A stretch of DNA of 64,000 nt from positions 3,924 through 67,923 of the forward strand of contig CAVUZS010000012.1 in assembly GCA_963746015.1 (NCBI GenBank), in the 5' to 3' direction. Shown here piece by piece: positions 44,157 through 53,402 of the stretch. The notes beneath the pieces were generated by a model that was not told the origin of the DNA, ran no database searches, and worked only from the letters and a program-made list of their open reading frames with translations. Each line of letters starts with the position of its first letter. Position 1 is the first letter of the stretch. Made by a program: the position numbers and the translations under genes. Origin of the DNA: an uncultured Chloroflexia bacterium (GTDB lineage Bacteria > Chloroflexota > Anaerolineae > Anaerolineales > Villigracilaceae).

Positions 44157-44184
44157 AAGCCGCCCAACCACTGGGCGGCTTTTT
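44157..44184 (+). terminator. intrinsic terminator/attenuator upstream of ilvD
   Basis: Stem AAGCCGCCCA (44157-44166) / TGGGCGGCTT (44172-44181) with loop ACCAC and a T5 run at 44180-44184. GTGGTTGGG (44101-44109, leader codons 24-26) is exactly complementary to CCCAACCAC (44163-44171), which would form an antiterminator. Confidence 0.65.
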
Positions 44185-44224
44185 CGTTAAGGTACCAAAA
44201 CCATCTGTGAGAAAGAGAGAGATC

Positions 44225-45893
44225 ATGCGCTCCGATGCCATAAAAAAAGGATACGAGAAAGCCCCCCACCGGGCGCTGTTACGCGCCAGCGGTGTTGCCG
44301 AGGCCGACATGGGTAAACCCTTTGTAGCGATTGTCAACTCTTATGTAGACATCATTCCGGGGCATGTCCATTTGCAGGAATTTGGAAAGATCGTGAAAGA
44401 GGCCGTGCGCGCCGCTGGGGCCGTCCCGTTCGAATTCAACACCATCGGAGTGGACGACGGCATTGCGATGGGGCACTCCGGCATGAAATTCTCCCTGCCT
44501 TCACGCGAATTGATCGCAGACTGCGTGGAAACGATGCTGCAGGCGCACCAATTCGATGGCATGGTGTGCATGCCTAATTGCGACAAAATTGTGCCGGGTA
44601 TGTTGAATGCTGCAATGCGTGTCAACATCCCGGCAATTTTTATTTCCGGCGGGCCGATGGCGGCCGGGCGCACGCCGGATGGGGAGGTCATTGACCTGAT
44701 CTCGGTATTCGAGGGAGTGGGCGCTTACTCGGCGGGAAAAATCGATGAAGAGCGCCTGAACGTGCTCGAGCAGTACGCCTGTCCATCCTGCGGATCATGT
44801 TCAGGGATGTTCACGGCCAACAGCATGAATTGTTTGATGGAAGTCATTGGGCTGGCATTGCCGTACAACGGTACGGCTCTGGCAAAGACCGAAGAACGCG
44901 AGAATCTGGCCAGGCGGGCGGCGGCACAAATCAAGTCATTGATCGAACGCAACCTCAAACCGCGCGACATCGTCACCGCTGAGGCGATAGATGATGCCTT
45001 TGCATTGGATATGGCAATGGGCGGTTCCACCAATACGGTCTTGCACACGCTGGCCCTGGCGCACGAAGCGGATGTGGACTACCCGCTCAGTCGCATCAAT
45101 TCCGTCGCGGAGAGGGTTCCGCATATTTGCAAAGTATCCCCGGCCGGGAAGTGGCACATGGAAGATGTGCATCGGGCCGGAGGCATCCCGGCTATTTTGA
45201 ACGAGGTGCAGCGCGGGCACCGGCATGCTGCATCTCGACCGGATGACGGTCAGCGGTGTGACACTGGGCGAGTCCATTAAGGGAATGGAGATCAAGGACG
45301 AGGATGTGATCCGCCGTCATGACAATGCCCATTCGAAGCGCGGCGGGCTGGCCATTCTATTCGGCAACCTGGCCCCGAAAGGCGCCGCTGTCAAGGTTGG
45401 CGGAGTCAGCGAACCGATGATGAAATTCGCCGGCCCGGCGGTGATCTTCGAGTCGGAAGAGGATTCGATGAAAGGTATTCTGGCAGGTGAGGTCAAAGCC
45501 GGGGATGTGGTGGTTGTCCGCTATGAAGGGCCAAAAGGTGGGCCGGGAATGCAGGAAATGCTCAGCCCCACCAGCGCCATTATGGGGATGGGATTAGGCG
45601 ATAAGGTGGCGCTCATTACCGATGGGCGGTTTAGCGGTGGGACGCGCGGTGCCTGCATCGGGCACGTTTCTCCGGAGGCGGCCGCCCGGGGACCGATTGC
45701 GGCGCTTCGGGCTGGAGATGTCATTGAAATTGACCTGGAGGCTCGCACATTGAATGTCAGGTTGAACCAATCTGAAATCCAAGAACGGCTGGCTGCCCTC
45801 CCGCCGTTCGTGTCCAAAATTCAAAGCAAATGGCTGCGGCGTTATGCCCATTTCGTAACATCTGCTGATACTGGTGCCGTATTGACTTCGTAG
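44225..45893 (+). CDS. ilvD: dihydroxy-acid dehydratase (one frameshift near 45215)
   Basis: [19 protein letters not shown]..., [12 protein letters not shown]. ORFs 44207..45280 and 45225..45893 fuse if one G of GGG 45215-45217 is dropped, giving ...[18 protein letters not shown].... Confidence 0.93.
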
Positions 45894-45918
45894 AGGTACT
45901 GCAAAAGGAGAAGAGTGT

Positions 45919-47628
45919 ATGAAACGTACTGGAGCGCAAATTATTTGGGAATGTCTTGTCAACGAAGGCGTGAAAACGGTCTTCGGTTATCCCGGTGGGG
46001 CGATCATGCCCGCATATGATGCCTTGCTGGAATACCCGATCCATCACGTCCTGGTCCGCCATGAACAAGGTGCTGCCCACGCTGCGGATGGTTACGCTCG
46101 GGCATCTGGGGGTGTGGGGGTGGCAGTGGCCACCTCGGGGCCTGGCGCAACCAACCTGGTGACCGGGATCGCTACAGCGATGATGGATTCGTCCCCCATC
46201 GTCTGTATCACGGGGCAAGTGGCAAGTAAGCTGATCGGCTATGATGCTTTCCAGGAAACCGATATCACGGGCATAACCTTGCCGATCACGAAGCATAACT
46301 ACTTGGTTACGGATGTCAATGATCTCACAGAGACGATCCGCGAGGCGTTTTATATTGCACGCACCGGCCGTCCAGGCCCGGTGCTGATAGATATAGCCAA
46401 AGATGTACAACAGGCCTCGGTTGATTGGGAGTATGACGACAGCCCCATCCGGCTGCCTGGCTACCGTCCGGATAAACGACCTTTGCCGAAAGATATGCAG
46501 AAAGCTGCCGAAATGATCCACGCCTCAAAGCGGCCGGTCATCCTGGCAGGACGCGGCGTATTGTTGAGCGGAGCGATGTGGGAATTGCGTGAATTTGCCG
46601 AGAAGACGCGCACGCCGGTTGCGATGACGCTGCTGGGAATCGGCGGCTTCCCCGCCAGTCATCCGCTCAATCTCGGCATGATGGGTATGCACGGGGAGGC
46701 CTGGGTGAACCAGGCCATCCAGCAGGCAGACCTGTTATTGGCATTTGGGATGCGCTTCGACGACCGGGTGACCGGCAACCTCAAGACCTATGCACCCGGC
46801 GCCAAGAAGATTCACATTGAAGTTGATGCATCTGAAATAAACAAAAATGTCCCTGTAGACCTGGCCTTGATCGGTGATTTGCGGGAAACGTTAGGCCAGT
46901 TGTTGCCCCATGTCGAGGCCTGCGATCATGGTGACTGGATCGAGAGCATCGATGAGATGAAGGGTAACAGCGCGATGCTGGATATTCAGAATCTACCCGA
47001 TAACGGCCATTTATATGCTGCACATGTGATCAACGACTTATGGCTGTACACCAAAGGGGAGGCATTGGTTATCTCTGACGTAGGTCAAAACCAGATGTGG
47101 GCGGCACAATATTATAAGCATGACAAGCCCAGCACCTATATTACATCGGGCGGGGCGGGAACCATGGGGTTTGCGCTCCCGGCAGCCATAGGAGCCAAGT
47201 TCGCCCGGCCGGATGCGGATGTGTGGGTAATTTGTGGTGACGGCGGGTTCCAGATGACACAGGCAGAATTATCTACCGCCGTCCAGGAGGGTATCAAGAT
47301 CAATATTGCCATCATTGATAATGGCTACCTGGGCATGGTGCGCCAGTGGCAGGAATTTTTCTATGACCGCCGGTACTCTGCCACCCCGATGCGCAATCCC
47401 GATTTCGTCAAAATCGCCGAGGCGCATGGGCTGACCGGGTTGCGCGTTACCAAGCGTTCGGAAGTCGAGGCAGCGGTGAGCCAGGCGGAAGCGACGGACG
47501 GTACGGTTGTAATCGATTTCCGCGTGGAAAAAGAAGACTCGGTCTATCCGATGGTGCCCACCGGCGCCGACCTGCATAACATGATCCGTCGACCAGCGCC
47601 CAATGTTATTGTAGAAACAAATATGTGA
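45919..47628 (+). CDS. ilvB: acetolactate synthase large subunit
   Basis: 569 aa. TPP motif ICGDGGFQM...NNGYLGMVRQWQ. Confidence 0.95.
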   Translation: MKRTGAQIIWECLVNEGVKTVFGYPGGAIMPAYDALLEYPIHHVLVRHEQGAAHAADGYARASGGVGVAVATSGPGATNLVTGIATAMMDSSPIVCITGQVASKLIGYDAFQETDITGITLPITKHNYLVTDVNDLTETIREAFYIARTGRPGPVLIDIAKDVQQASVDWEYDDSPIRLPGYRPDKRPLPKDMQKAAEMIHASKRPVILAGRGVLLSGAMWELREFAEKTRTPVAMTLLGIGGFPASHPLNLGMMGMHGEAWVNQAIQQADLLLAFGMRFDDRVTGNLKTYAPGAKKIHIEVDASEINKNVPVDLALIGDLRETLGQLLPHVEACDHGDWIESIDEMKGNSAMLDIQNLPDNGHLYAAHVINDLWLYTKGEALVISDVGQNQMWAAQYYKHDKPSTYITSGGAGTMGFALPAAIGAKFARPDADVWVICGDGGFQMTQAELSTAVQEGIKINIAIIDNGYLGMVRQWQEFFYDRRYSATPMRNPDFVKIAEAHGLTGLRVTKRSEVEAAVSQAEATDGTVVIDFRVEKEDSVYPMVPTGADLHNMIRRPAPNVIVETNM

Positions 47629-47639
47629 GTAGAGGCGAA

Positions 47640-48185
47640 ATGGAACATATTTTAGTTGTGCTTGTAGAGGATAAACCGGGTGTTTTAAACCGGGTGGCAT
47701 CCCTATTCCGCCGAAGGGCTTTCAACATTGAATCTCTTACTGTTGGGCATACCGAACAACCCGGCATTTCCCGGATGACGATTGTCATCGATGGCGACCA
47801 GACAAACGTCGAGCGCGTAACCGCCAACCTGTACAAGTTGGTCAATGTCATTCAAGTGGCCGACCTGGCCGGAATGCCGGCCGTGAGTCGTGACCTGGCC
47901 TTGATGAAGGTCAGCGTGAGTTCTGTCAACCGCACTGAAGTGATGCAGCTCGTTGAGGTGTTCCGCTCGCGGATTGTGGATGTGGCCAACGATTTGCTCG
48001 TCGTTGAAATCACCGGCGACGAGGACAAGATCAACAGTTTCGTGGAGGTGCTGCGTCCCTTTGGGATAATGGAGATGGTGCGTACGGGTGTGGTGGCGAT
48101 GGCGCGTGGCGTTGGCCCGGCCTTGCCTGCCTTCAACGGGAATGGCAATGGCTCGCATGTTCAGGCCGAATTAATCGCAAGATAA
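47640..48185 (+). CDS. ilvN: acetolactate synthase small (regulatory) subunit
   Basis: ACT domain HILVVLVEDKPGVLNRVASLFRRRAFNIESLTVG. I prefer the ATG at 47640; the track ORF starts at GTG 47625. Confidence 0.92.
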   Translation: MEHILVVLVEDKPGVLNRVASLFRRRAFNIESLTVGHTEQPGISRMTIVIDGDQTNVERVTANLYKLVNVIQVADLAGMPAVSRDLALMKVSVSSVNRTEVMQLVEVFRSRIVDVANDLLVVEITGDEDKINSFVEVLRPFGIMEMVRTGVVAMARGVGPALPAFNGNGNGSHVQAELIAR

Positions 48186-48236
48186 GAAGAAGCGTGGCTC
48201 TTTTGCACGAAAAAACATTCATTCAAGGAGTATTAA

Positions 48237-49292
48237 ATGGCTGAGATCGATTTCGGTGGCGTCGTTGAAGACGTGGTTATGCGCGATGAGTTTCCTCTCC
48301 ATAAAGCCCAGCAGGTTTTAAAGGATGAAGTCGTCGCAGTGCTTGGATATGGCGTCCAGGGACCCGCACAATCAATGAATATGCGTGACAACGGCGTCAA
48401 TGTCATTGTGGGACAGGCTCCCGAGCACCAGAGTTATTGGGATAAGGCTGTCAAGGATGGCTGGGTGCCAGGCAAAACGCTTTTTCCCATTGAAGAGGCT
48501 GCACAGCGCGGCACAATCATCCAATACCTGGTCTCGGACGCAGCCCAGATGATGTTGTGGCCCAAAGTGAAGACGAACTTGAAGAAAGGTGATGCATTGT
48601 ATTTCTCGCATGGCTTTTCCATCGTTTACAAAGAACAGACCGGCGTCGTTCCTCCGGGGGACGTTGACGTGATCCTGGTCGCGCCCAAGGGATCAGGTAC
48701 GAGTGTACGGCGGAATTTCCTGGCAGGCAGCGGCATCAATGCCAGTTTCGCGGTCCACCAGGATTACACGGGGCATGCCACGGAACGCACCCTGGCCCTG
48801 GGTATTGCGATCGGGGCAGGGTATCTATTCCCGACCACCTTCCAAAACGAAGTGTACAGTGACCTTACGGGGGAGCGGGGTGTCCTGATCGGCGCGTTAT
48901 CGGGCGTCATGGAGGCCCAGTACAACGTATTGCGCAAGAATGGACATACCCCCAGCGAAGCCTTCAATGAGACGGTCGAGGAATTGACCCAGAGCCTGAT
49001 CCGGCTGGTCGGGGAAAATGGGATGGATTTCATGTATGCCAACTGTTCCACCACGGCCCAGCGCGGTGCACTGGATTGGCATCCGCGCTTCCGCGCGGCG
49101 GTCGAACCTGTTTTTGAGGAACTTTATGACAGTGTAGTAGCCGGAAAAGAGACCGCAGTTGTTCTCAAGGCGAACAGCGCTCCGGATTACCAAGTGAAGC
49201 TGGATGCTGAGTTGAAGACAATGCGCGAGTCTGAAATGTGGCAAGCGGGTGCCGCAGTCCGTTCTCTGCGGCCGGAAAATTGGAAGAGGTAA
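48237..49292 (+). CDS. ilvC: ketol-acid reductoisomerase (class I)
   Basis: 351 aa. GYGVQGPAQSMNMRDNG Rossmann motif and KARI-like sequence throughout. Confidence 0.95.
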   Translation: MAEIDFGGVVEDVVMRDEFPLHKAQQVLKDEVVAVLGYGVQGPAQSMNMRDNGVNVIVGQAPEHQSYWDKAVKDGWVPGKTLFPIEEAAQRGTIIQYLVSDAAQMMLWPKVKTNLKKGDALYFSHGFSIVYKEQTGVVPPGDVDVILVAPKGSGTSVRRNFLAGSGINASFAVHQDYTGHATERTLALGIAIGAGYLFPTTFQNEVYSDLTGERGVLIGALSGVMEAQYNVLRKNGHTPSEAFNETVEELTQSLIRLVGENGMDFMYANCSTTAQRGALDWHPRFRAAVEPVFEELYDSVVAGKETAVVLKANSAPDYQVKLDAELKTMRESEMWQAGAAVRSLRPENWKR

Positions 49293-49315
49293 ATTTTTTG
49301 GTAACAGCTTGAGCC

Positions 49316-49409
49316 AACCTTGCGAAGGTTCTATTTCTGGCGAAATTATGGATAAAGCCAGGATTTTCGCCCGAAAGTAATGCTTAGATGCAGCTAAACC
49401 TTCGCAAGG
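49316..49409 (+). other. structured intergenic RNA element between ilvC and leuA
   Basis: A 13-bp long-range helix pairs CCTTGCGAAGGTT (49318-49330) with AACCTTCGCAAGG (49397-49409). It encloses a hairpin GGCGAAA (49339-49345) / TTTCGCC (49365-49371). Each arm of the long helix is itself palindromic, so alternative folds are possible. Confidence 0.4.
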
Positions 49410-49444
49410 GTGAACAGTTACTTTCTTTTTGAAGGAGAGGATCG

Positions 49445-51139
49445 ATGGTTACGACCAGCGTTGCGAAGTATGCCCAACTAAAGCCGTTCGATTACCCGGA
49501 GCGACAATGGCCTTCCCAATCCATCACCGAAAGCCCGATCTGGGTCTCGGTGGACTTGCGTGACGGTAACCAGGCCTTGCCCAACCCACTTAATCCGGGG
49601 CAAAAGCTTGCATATTTCCAATTGCTGTGCCAGATCGGCTTTAAAAACATAGAAGTTGCCTTTCCTTCCGCCAGCCAGGACGATTTCGACTTCACCCGCC
49701 GGCTGATCGACGATGATTTGATCCCAAATGATGTTTTCATCATGGCCCTCACCCAGTGCCGCGACCATTTGATCGAGAGGACATTTGAATCCATTAATGG
49801 CATTCGTCAGGCCATTTTCCATGCTTACCTGGCGACCTCCGATCTGCATATTCGTCAGGTTTTCGACCTGACGCCAGAGCAGGCCGTTCAGGTGGCCGTC
49901 CAATCCGTGGATCAGATTCGCAAGGGGGCGGAGAGTATGCCCGACAGCGACATCCGGTTGGAGTTCTCGCCCGAGGAATTCACCGATACGGATCCGGATT
50001 TCTCATTGGAAGTCTGTGAAGCTGTTTATGCCACCTGGGGTCGGGCCACGCCGGAGAAGCCGCTCATCCTGAACCTGCCTGCCACGGTCGAGCGACGCCC
50101 GCCCAACCAATACGCCGACATGGTCGAGTTGTTCTGCAAGCGGTTTTCTCATCCAGAAAGCGTCATTTTTTCCTTGCATGCCCACAACGACCAGGGCATG
50201 GCCGTAGCGGCCACCGAGCTGGCCTTGCTGGCGGGGGGGCAACGTGTCGAGGGGACGCTTTTTGGCCACGGTGAGCGCACCGGTAACGTTGACCTGGTTG
50301 TGTTGGCCAACAATTTCCATGCACGCGGTATTCACACTGGCCTGGATTTCTCAGATTTGCCCCGGATCGCCGGAACGGTCGAACACCTGACCGGCATGCC
50401 AATCCCATACCGGGCGCCTTATGCTGGCGAGTATGTATTTACGGCTTTTTCTGGTTCTCATCAGGACGCCATCCGCAAGGGTATGAACCGGTTGGGGGAA
50501 GCTTCGGATAAATTTGGCGTAGGCTGGAAGGTACCCTACCTGCACATAGATCCGACCGACCTGGGTCGAAAGTATGAAAGCCTGATCCGCATCAATTCCC
50601 AGTCCGGTAAAGGTGGAGTGGTATGGGTGCTCGAGCAGGAGTTCGGTTTTCAGCCGCCGCGTGCCATGCACCCAGAGATTGGAACAGCCATCCAGGAATA
50701 TGCCGACGAGGTCAGGCGGGAAGTCAGTTCGAGTGAAGTCAAAATGATTTTCGACAAGACTTTCATCAATCCGCCCGGCCCTTATCAGTTGAAAGGGTAC
50801 TGGCCGCGACCGGATAGGCAAGCTCCCGACCATATCCATGGTGAACTGCACATGAACATCAATGGGGTGGAGCAAAGGGTTATAGCGAGCGGCAACGGGC
50901 CCATTTCGGCATTTGTCAACGGGCTGGTAAAGCTTGGCATCTATGGCTACAGCGTGGATGATTACCATGAACAAGCCCTCGAGAAAGGCGCAGATGCAAC
51001 CGCCGTGGCTTACGTTCCACTCAAATCTGGCGAAAATGGGACCCTGTTTGGCGTTGGAGAAGGTACCAATATCGACCAGGCCGCCGTGCGTGCCATTGTG
51101 GCTGGCCTGAACCGGTGGGCGTCCGTCAATAAGAAGTAA
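49445..51139 (+). CDS. leuA: 2-isopropylmalate synthase (long form)
   Basis: 564 aa. VDLRDGNQA, HAHNDQGMAVA, and a C-terminal LeuA dimerisation/regulatory domain. Confidence 0.93.
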   Translation: MVTTSVAKYAQLKPFDYPERQWPSQSITESPIWVSVDLRDGNQALPNPLNPGQKLAYFQLLCQIGFKNIEVAFPSASQDDFDFTRRLIDDDLIPNDVFIMALTQCRDHLIERTFESINGIRQAIFHAYLATSDLHIRQVFDLTPEQAVQVAVQSVDQIRKGAESMPDSDIRLEFSPEEFTDTDPDFSLEVCEAVYATWGRATPEKPLILNLPATVERRPPNQYADMVELFCKRFSHPESVIFSLHAHNDQGMAVAATELALLAGGQRVEGTLFGHGERTGNVDLVVLANNFHARGIHTGLDFSDLPRIAGTVEHLTGMPIPYRAPYAGEYVFTAFSGSHQDAIRKGMNRLGEASDKFGVGWKVPYLHIDPTDLGRKYESLIRINSQSGKGGVVWVLEQEFGFQPPRAMHPEIGTAIQEYADEVRREVSSSEVKMIFDKTFINPPGPYQLKGYWPRPDRQAPDHIHGELHMNINGVEQRVIASGNGPISAFVNGLVKLGIYGYSVDDYHEQALEKGADATAVAYVPLKSGENGTLFGVGEGTNIDQAAVRAIVAGLNRWASVNKK

Positions 51140-51204
51140 CTTTCAAGCTTATCAACCTGGCGAAAGACCAGCGAGCGTATTTTTATTCAGAGAGGAGCAA
51201 CCGC

Positions 51205-51372
51205 ATGTGTATACCTAATTTGCCTTATGAGGATATGGAAAACGTTTTGCCTGAATGGCACGAGCCGTTCCCGGAACCACAAACCATTCCGTCCGGCTGG
51301 GACCTAAGCGGAGTCCTGGCAGCATCTACGCCTGCCGTGATTGAGGCAGCGGACGCAACCACCAAGGGGTAA
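51205..51372 (+). CDS. small hypothetical ORF (55 aa) between leuA and leuC
   Basis: Below the track's length cutoff. GAGAGGAG SD 7 nt upstream of ATG 51205. Translation: [55 protein letters not shown]. No known motif. Confidence 0.3.
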   Translation: MCIPNLPYEDMENVLPEWHEPFPEPQTIPSGWDLSGVLAASTPAVIEAADATTKG

Positions 51373-51395
51373 CCCTGCTTTGCAATGGAAGTTCT

Positions 51396-52796
51396 ATGCC
51401 ACAAACTCTATTCGAGAAAATATGGGATTCGCATGTCGTGGCCCAGCAGCCGGACTCTCCGGCCGTGCTTTACATCGACCTGCACCTGGTGCACGAAGTC
51501 ACTTCGCCGCAAGCATTTACCGGCCTGCGCGAGCGCGGGCTGAAAGTTCGCCGGCCCGACAGAACTGTCGCCACGCTGGATCATTCCATCCCAACGCATG
51601 ACCCCTCCCTGTCTATAACGGATCCCTTGGCGGCCGCGCAGATCAAGCAGATGGAGGCCAATGCCAGCGAGTTTGGCCTGCGCCTGTATGGCATGAACAG
51701 TCCACGGCGCGGCATCGTCCACGTGATTGGACCGGAGCTGGGATTCACCCAACCGGGCATGACCATCGTCTGCGGAGACAGCCATACCGCCACGCATGGC
51801 GCCTTTGGGGCGCTGGCCTTTGGCATTGGCACATCCGAGGTTGAGCATGTCCTTGCCACGCAGTGCCTGCTACAGCGCAAACCCAAAACCTGCGAAGTAC
51901 GTGTGGATGGAATCCTGCCGAGAGGTGTCTCGGCCAAAGATATCATCCTGGCGTTGATTGCCAAAATCGGTATAGGTGGTGGGACGGAACATGTCTTTGA
52001 ATACACCGGCTCTGCCATCCGCGCCCTGAGTATGGAAGAGCGCATGACGGTCTGTAACATGTCCATCGAAGGCGGAGCGCGCGCCGGGATGATCGCCCCG
52101 GACGAAACCACATTCGAATACATGAACGGGCGTGAATATGCCCCGAAGGGCGCAGATTGGGACAAGGCTGTTGCCAGGTGGAAACAGTTGCCCACTGACG
52201 ACGGCCAGTACGACAAATCCATTTCGCTGGATGCAAGCGCGCTCGAACCGATGATTACCTATGGGACAAATCCGGGCCAGGGCATGAAGATCACTGAGCG
52301 TGTCCCTGACCCAGCGATGGTCACCGATATGGCACAGAAAGCCGCACTGAACAAGGCCCTTGCTTATATGGGTCTTCAGCCTGGCCAGTTGCTGCTCGGC
52401 AAAAACGTGGATGTGGTCTTTATTGGTAGTTGTACCAATGGGCGCATTACTGACCTGCGGCAGGCAGCGCTGCTGTTGAAAGGCCGGAAAGTATCGACCA
52501 CAACGCGTGTTTTGGTGGTTCCCGGCTCACAGGATGTCAAGAAACAGGCCGAAGTGGAAGGGCTGGATGCGGTTTTCAAAGAAGCCGGCGCTGAATGGCG
52601 CGAGGCGGGCTGCTCGATGTGTATCGCGATGAACGGTGACCAACTCACGCCCGGACAGTATGCTGTCAGCACCAGCAACCGCAATTTCGAAGGCCGCCAG
52701 GGGAAAGGCGGCCGGACGTTCCTCACCAGCCCGCTGACAGCCGCCGCGGCGGCTGTAACCGGACAGATCACAGATGTCCGCACCTTACTGCCCTGA
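51396..52796 (+). CDS. leuC: 3-isopropylmalate dehydratase large subunit
   Basis: 466 aa. [21 protein letters not shown] and the aconitase-family Cys ligands GSCTNGR and GCSMCIA. Confidence 0.95.
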   Translation: MPQTLFEKIWDSHVVAQQPDSPAVLYIDLHLVHEVTSPQAFTGLRERGLKVRRPDRTVATLDHSIPTHDPSLSITDPLAAAQIKQMEANASEFGLRLYGMNSPRRGIVHVIGPELGFTQPGMTIVCGDSHTATHGAFGALAFGIGTSEVEHVLATQCLLQRKPKTCEVRVDGILPRGVSAKDIILALIAKIGIGGGTEHVFEYTGSAIRALSMEERMTVCNMSIEGGARAGMIAPDETTFEYMNGREYAPKGADWDKAVARWKQLPTDDGQYDKSISLDASALEPMITYGTNPGQGMKITERVPDPAMVTDMAQKAALNKALAYMGLQPGQLLLGKNVDVVFIGSCTNGRITDLRQAALLLKGRKVSTTTRVLVVPGSQDVKKQAEVEGLDAVFKEAGAEWREAGCSMCIAMNGDQLTPGQYAVSTSNRNFEGRQGKGGRTFLTSPLTAAAAAVTGQITDVRTLLP

Positions 52797-52802
52797 GGAA
52801 TT

Positions 52803-53402
52803 ATGGCTAAATTCACTACACTTACCTCCCATATCATGCCGTTGCCGGTCAGTGATATCGATACGGATCAGATCATCCCCGCCCGGTTCCTGAAAGCGAC
52901 CGACAAAAAAGGCATGGGTGAGGCCCTGTTTGCCGATTGGCGGTATGACCCGGATGGCTCTCCCAAACCGGATTTTGTGCTCAACCAGGATACGTACCAG
53001 GGGGCCAAAATCCTGTTAGCTGGGGATAATTTCGGGTGCGGATCGAGCCGGGAACATGCCCCCTGGGCGCTGACGGGTTACGGGTTCCGAGCCGTTATCA
53101 GCACCTCGTTCGCCGATATTTTCCGTAATAACGCTCTCAAGAACGGTCTTCTACCCATTATTGTGGATGCGGATACGCACCGTTTGCTGTTCGATCTGGT
53201 GGAAGAAGTTCCCACAACCGAGATGACAGTTGACCTGGCTTCCCAGACGCTTTCCTTCTCGGGAAGATCGGTTGTTTTCCCGATCGATGCCTTTTCCAAA
53301 ACCTGCCTGCTCAACGGCGTGGATGAGCTTGGATATATCCTGGGGTTCGCGGAGAAGATCGCAGGGTATGAGGACATGCGCCGGAAGAGAGAATCAGCGT
53401 GA
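52803..53402 (+). CDS. leuD: 3-isopropylmalate dehydratase small subunit
   Basis: GDNFGCGSSREHAPWAL. Confidence 0.95.
   Translation: MAKFTTLTSHIMPLPVSDIDTDQIIPARFLKATDKKGMGEALFADWRYDPDGSPKPDFVLNQDTYQGAKILLAGDNFGCGSSREHAPWALTGYGFRAVISTSFADIFRNNALKNGLLPIIVDADTHRLLFDLVEEVPTTEMTVDLASQTLSFSGRSVVFPIDAFSKTCLLNGVDELGYILGFAEKIAGYEDMRRKRESA

Noticed and set aside
43940-44224. A T-box or other riboswitch upstream of ilvD (also considered at 49293-49444 upstream of leuA).
   Set aside because: There is no specifier-loop or T-box consensus (AAnnnGGGUGGUACCGCG-like), and the leaders are too short. The leader-peptide model fits the ilvD region better.
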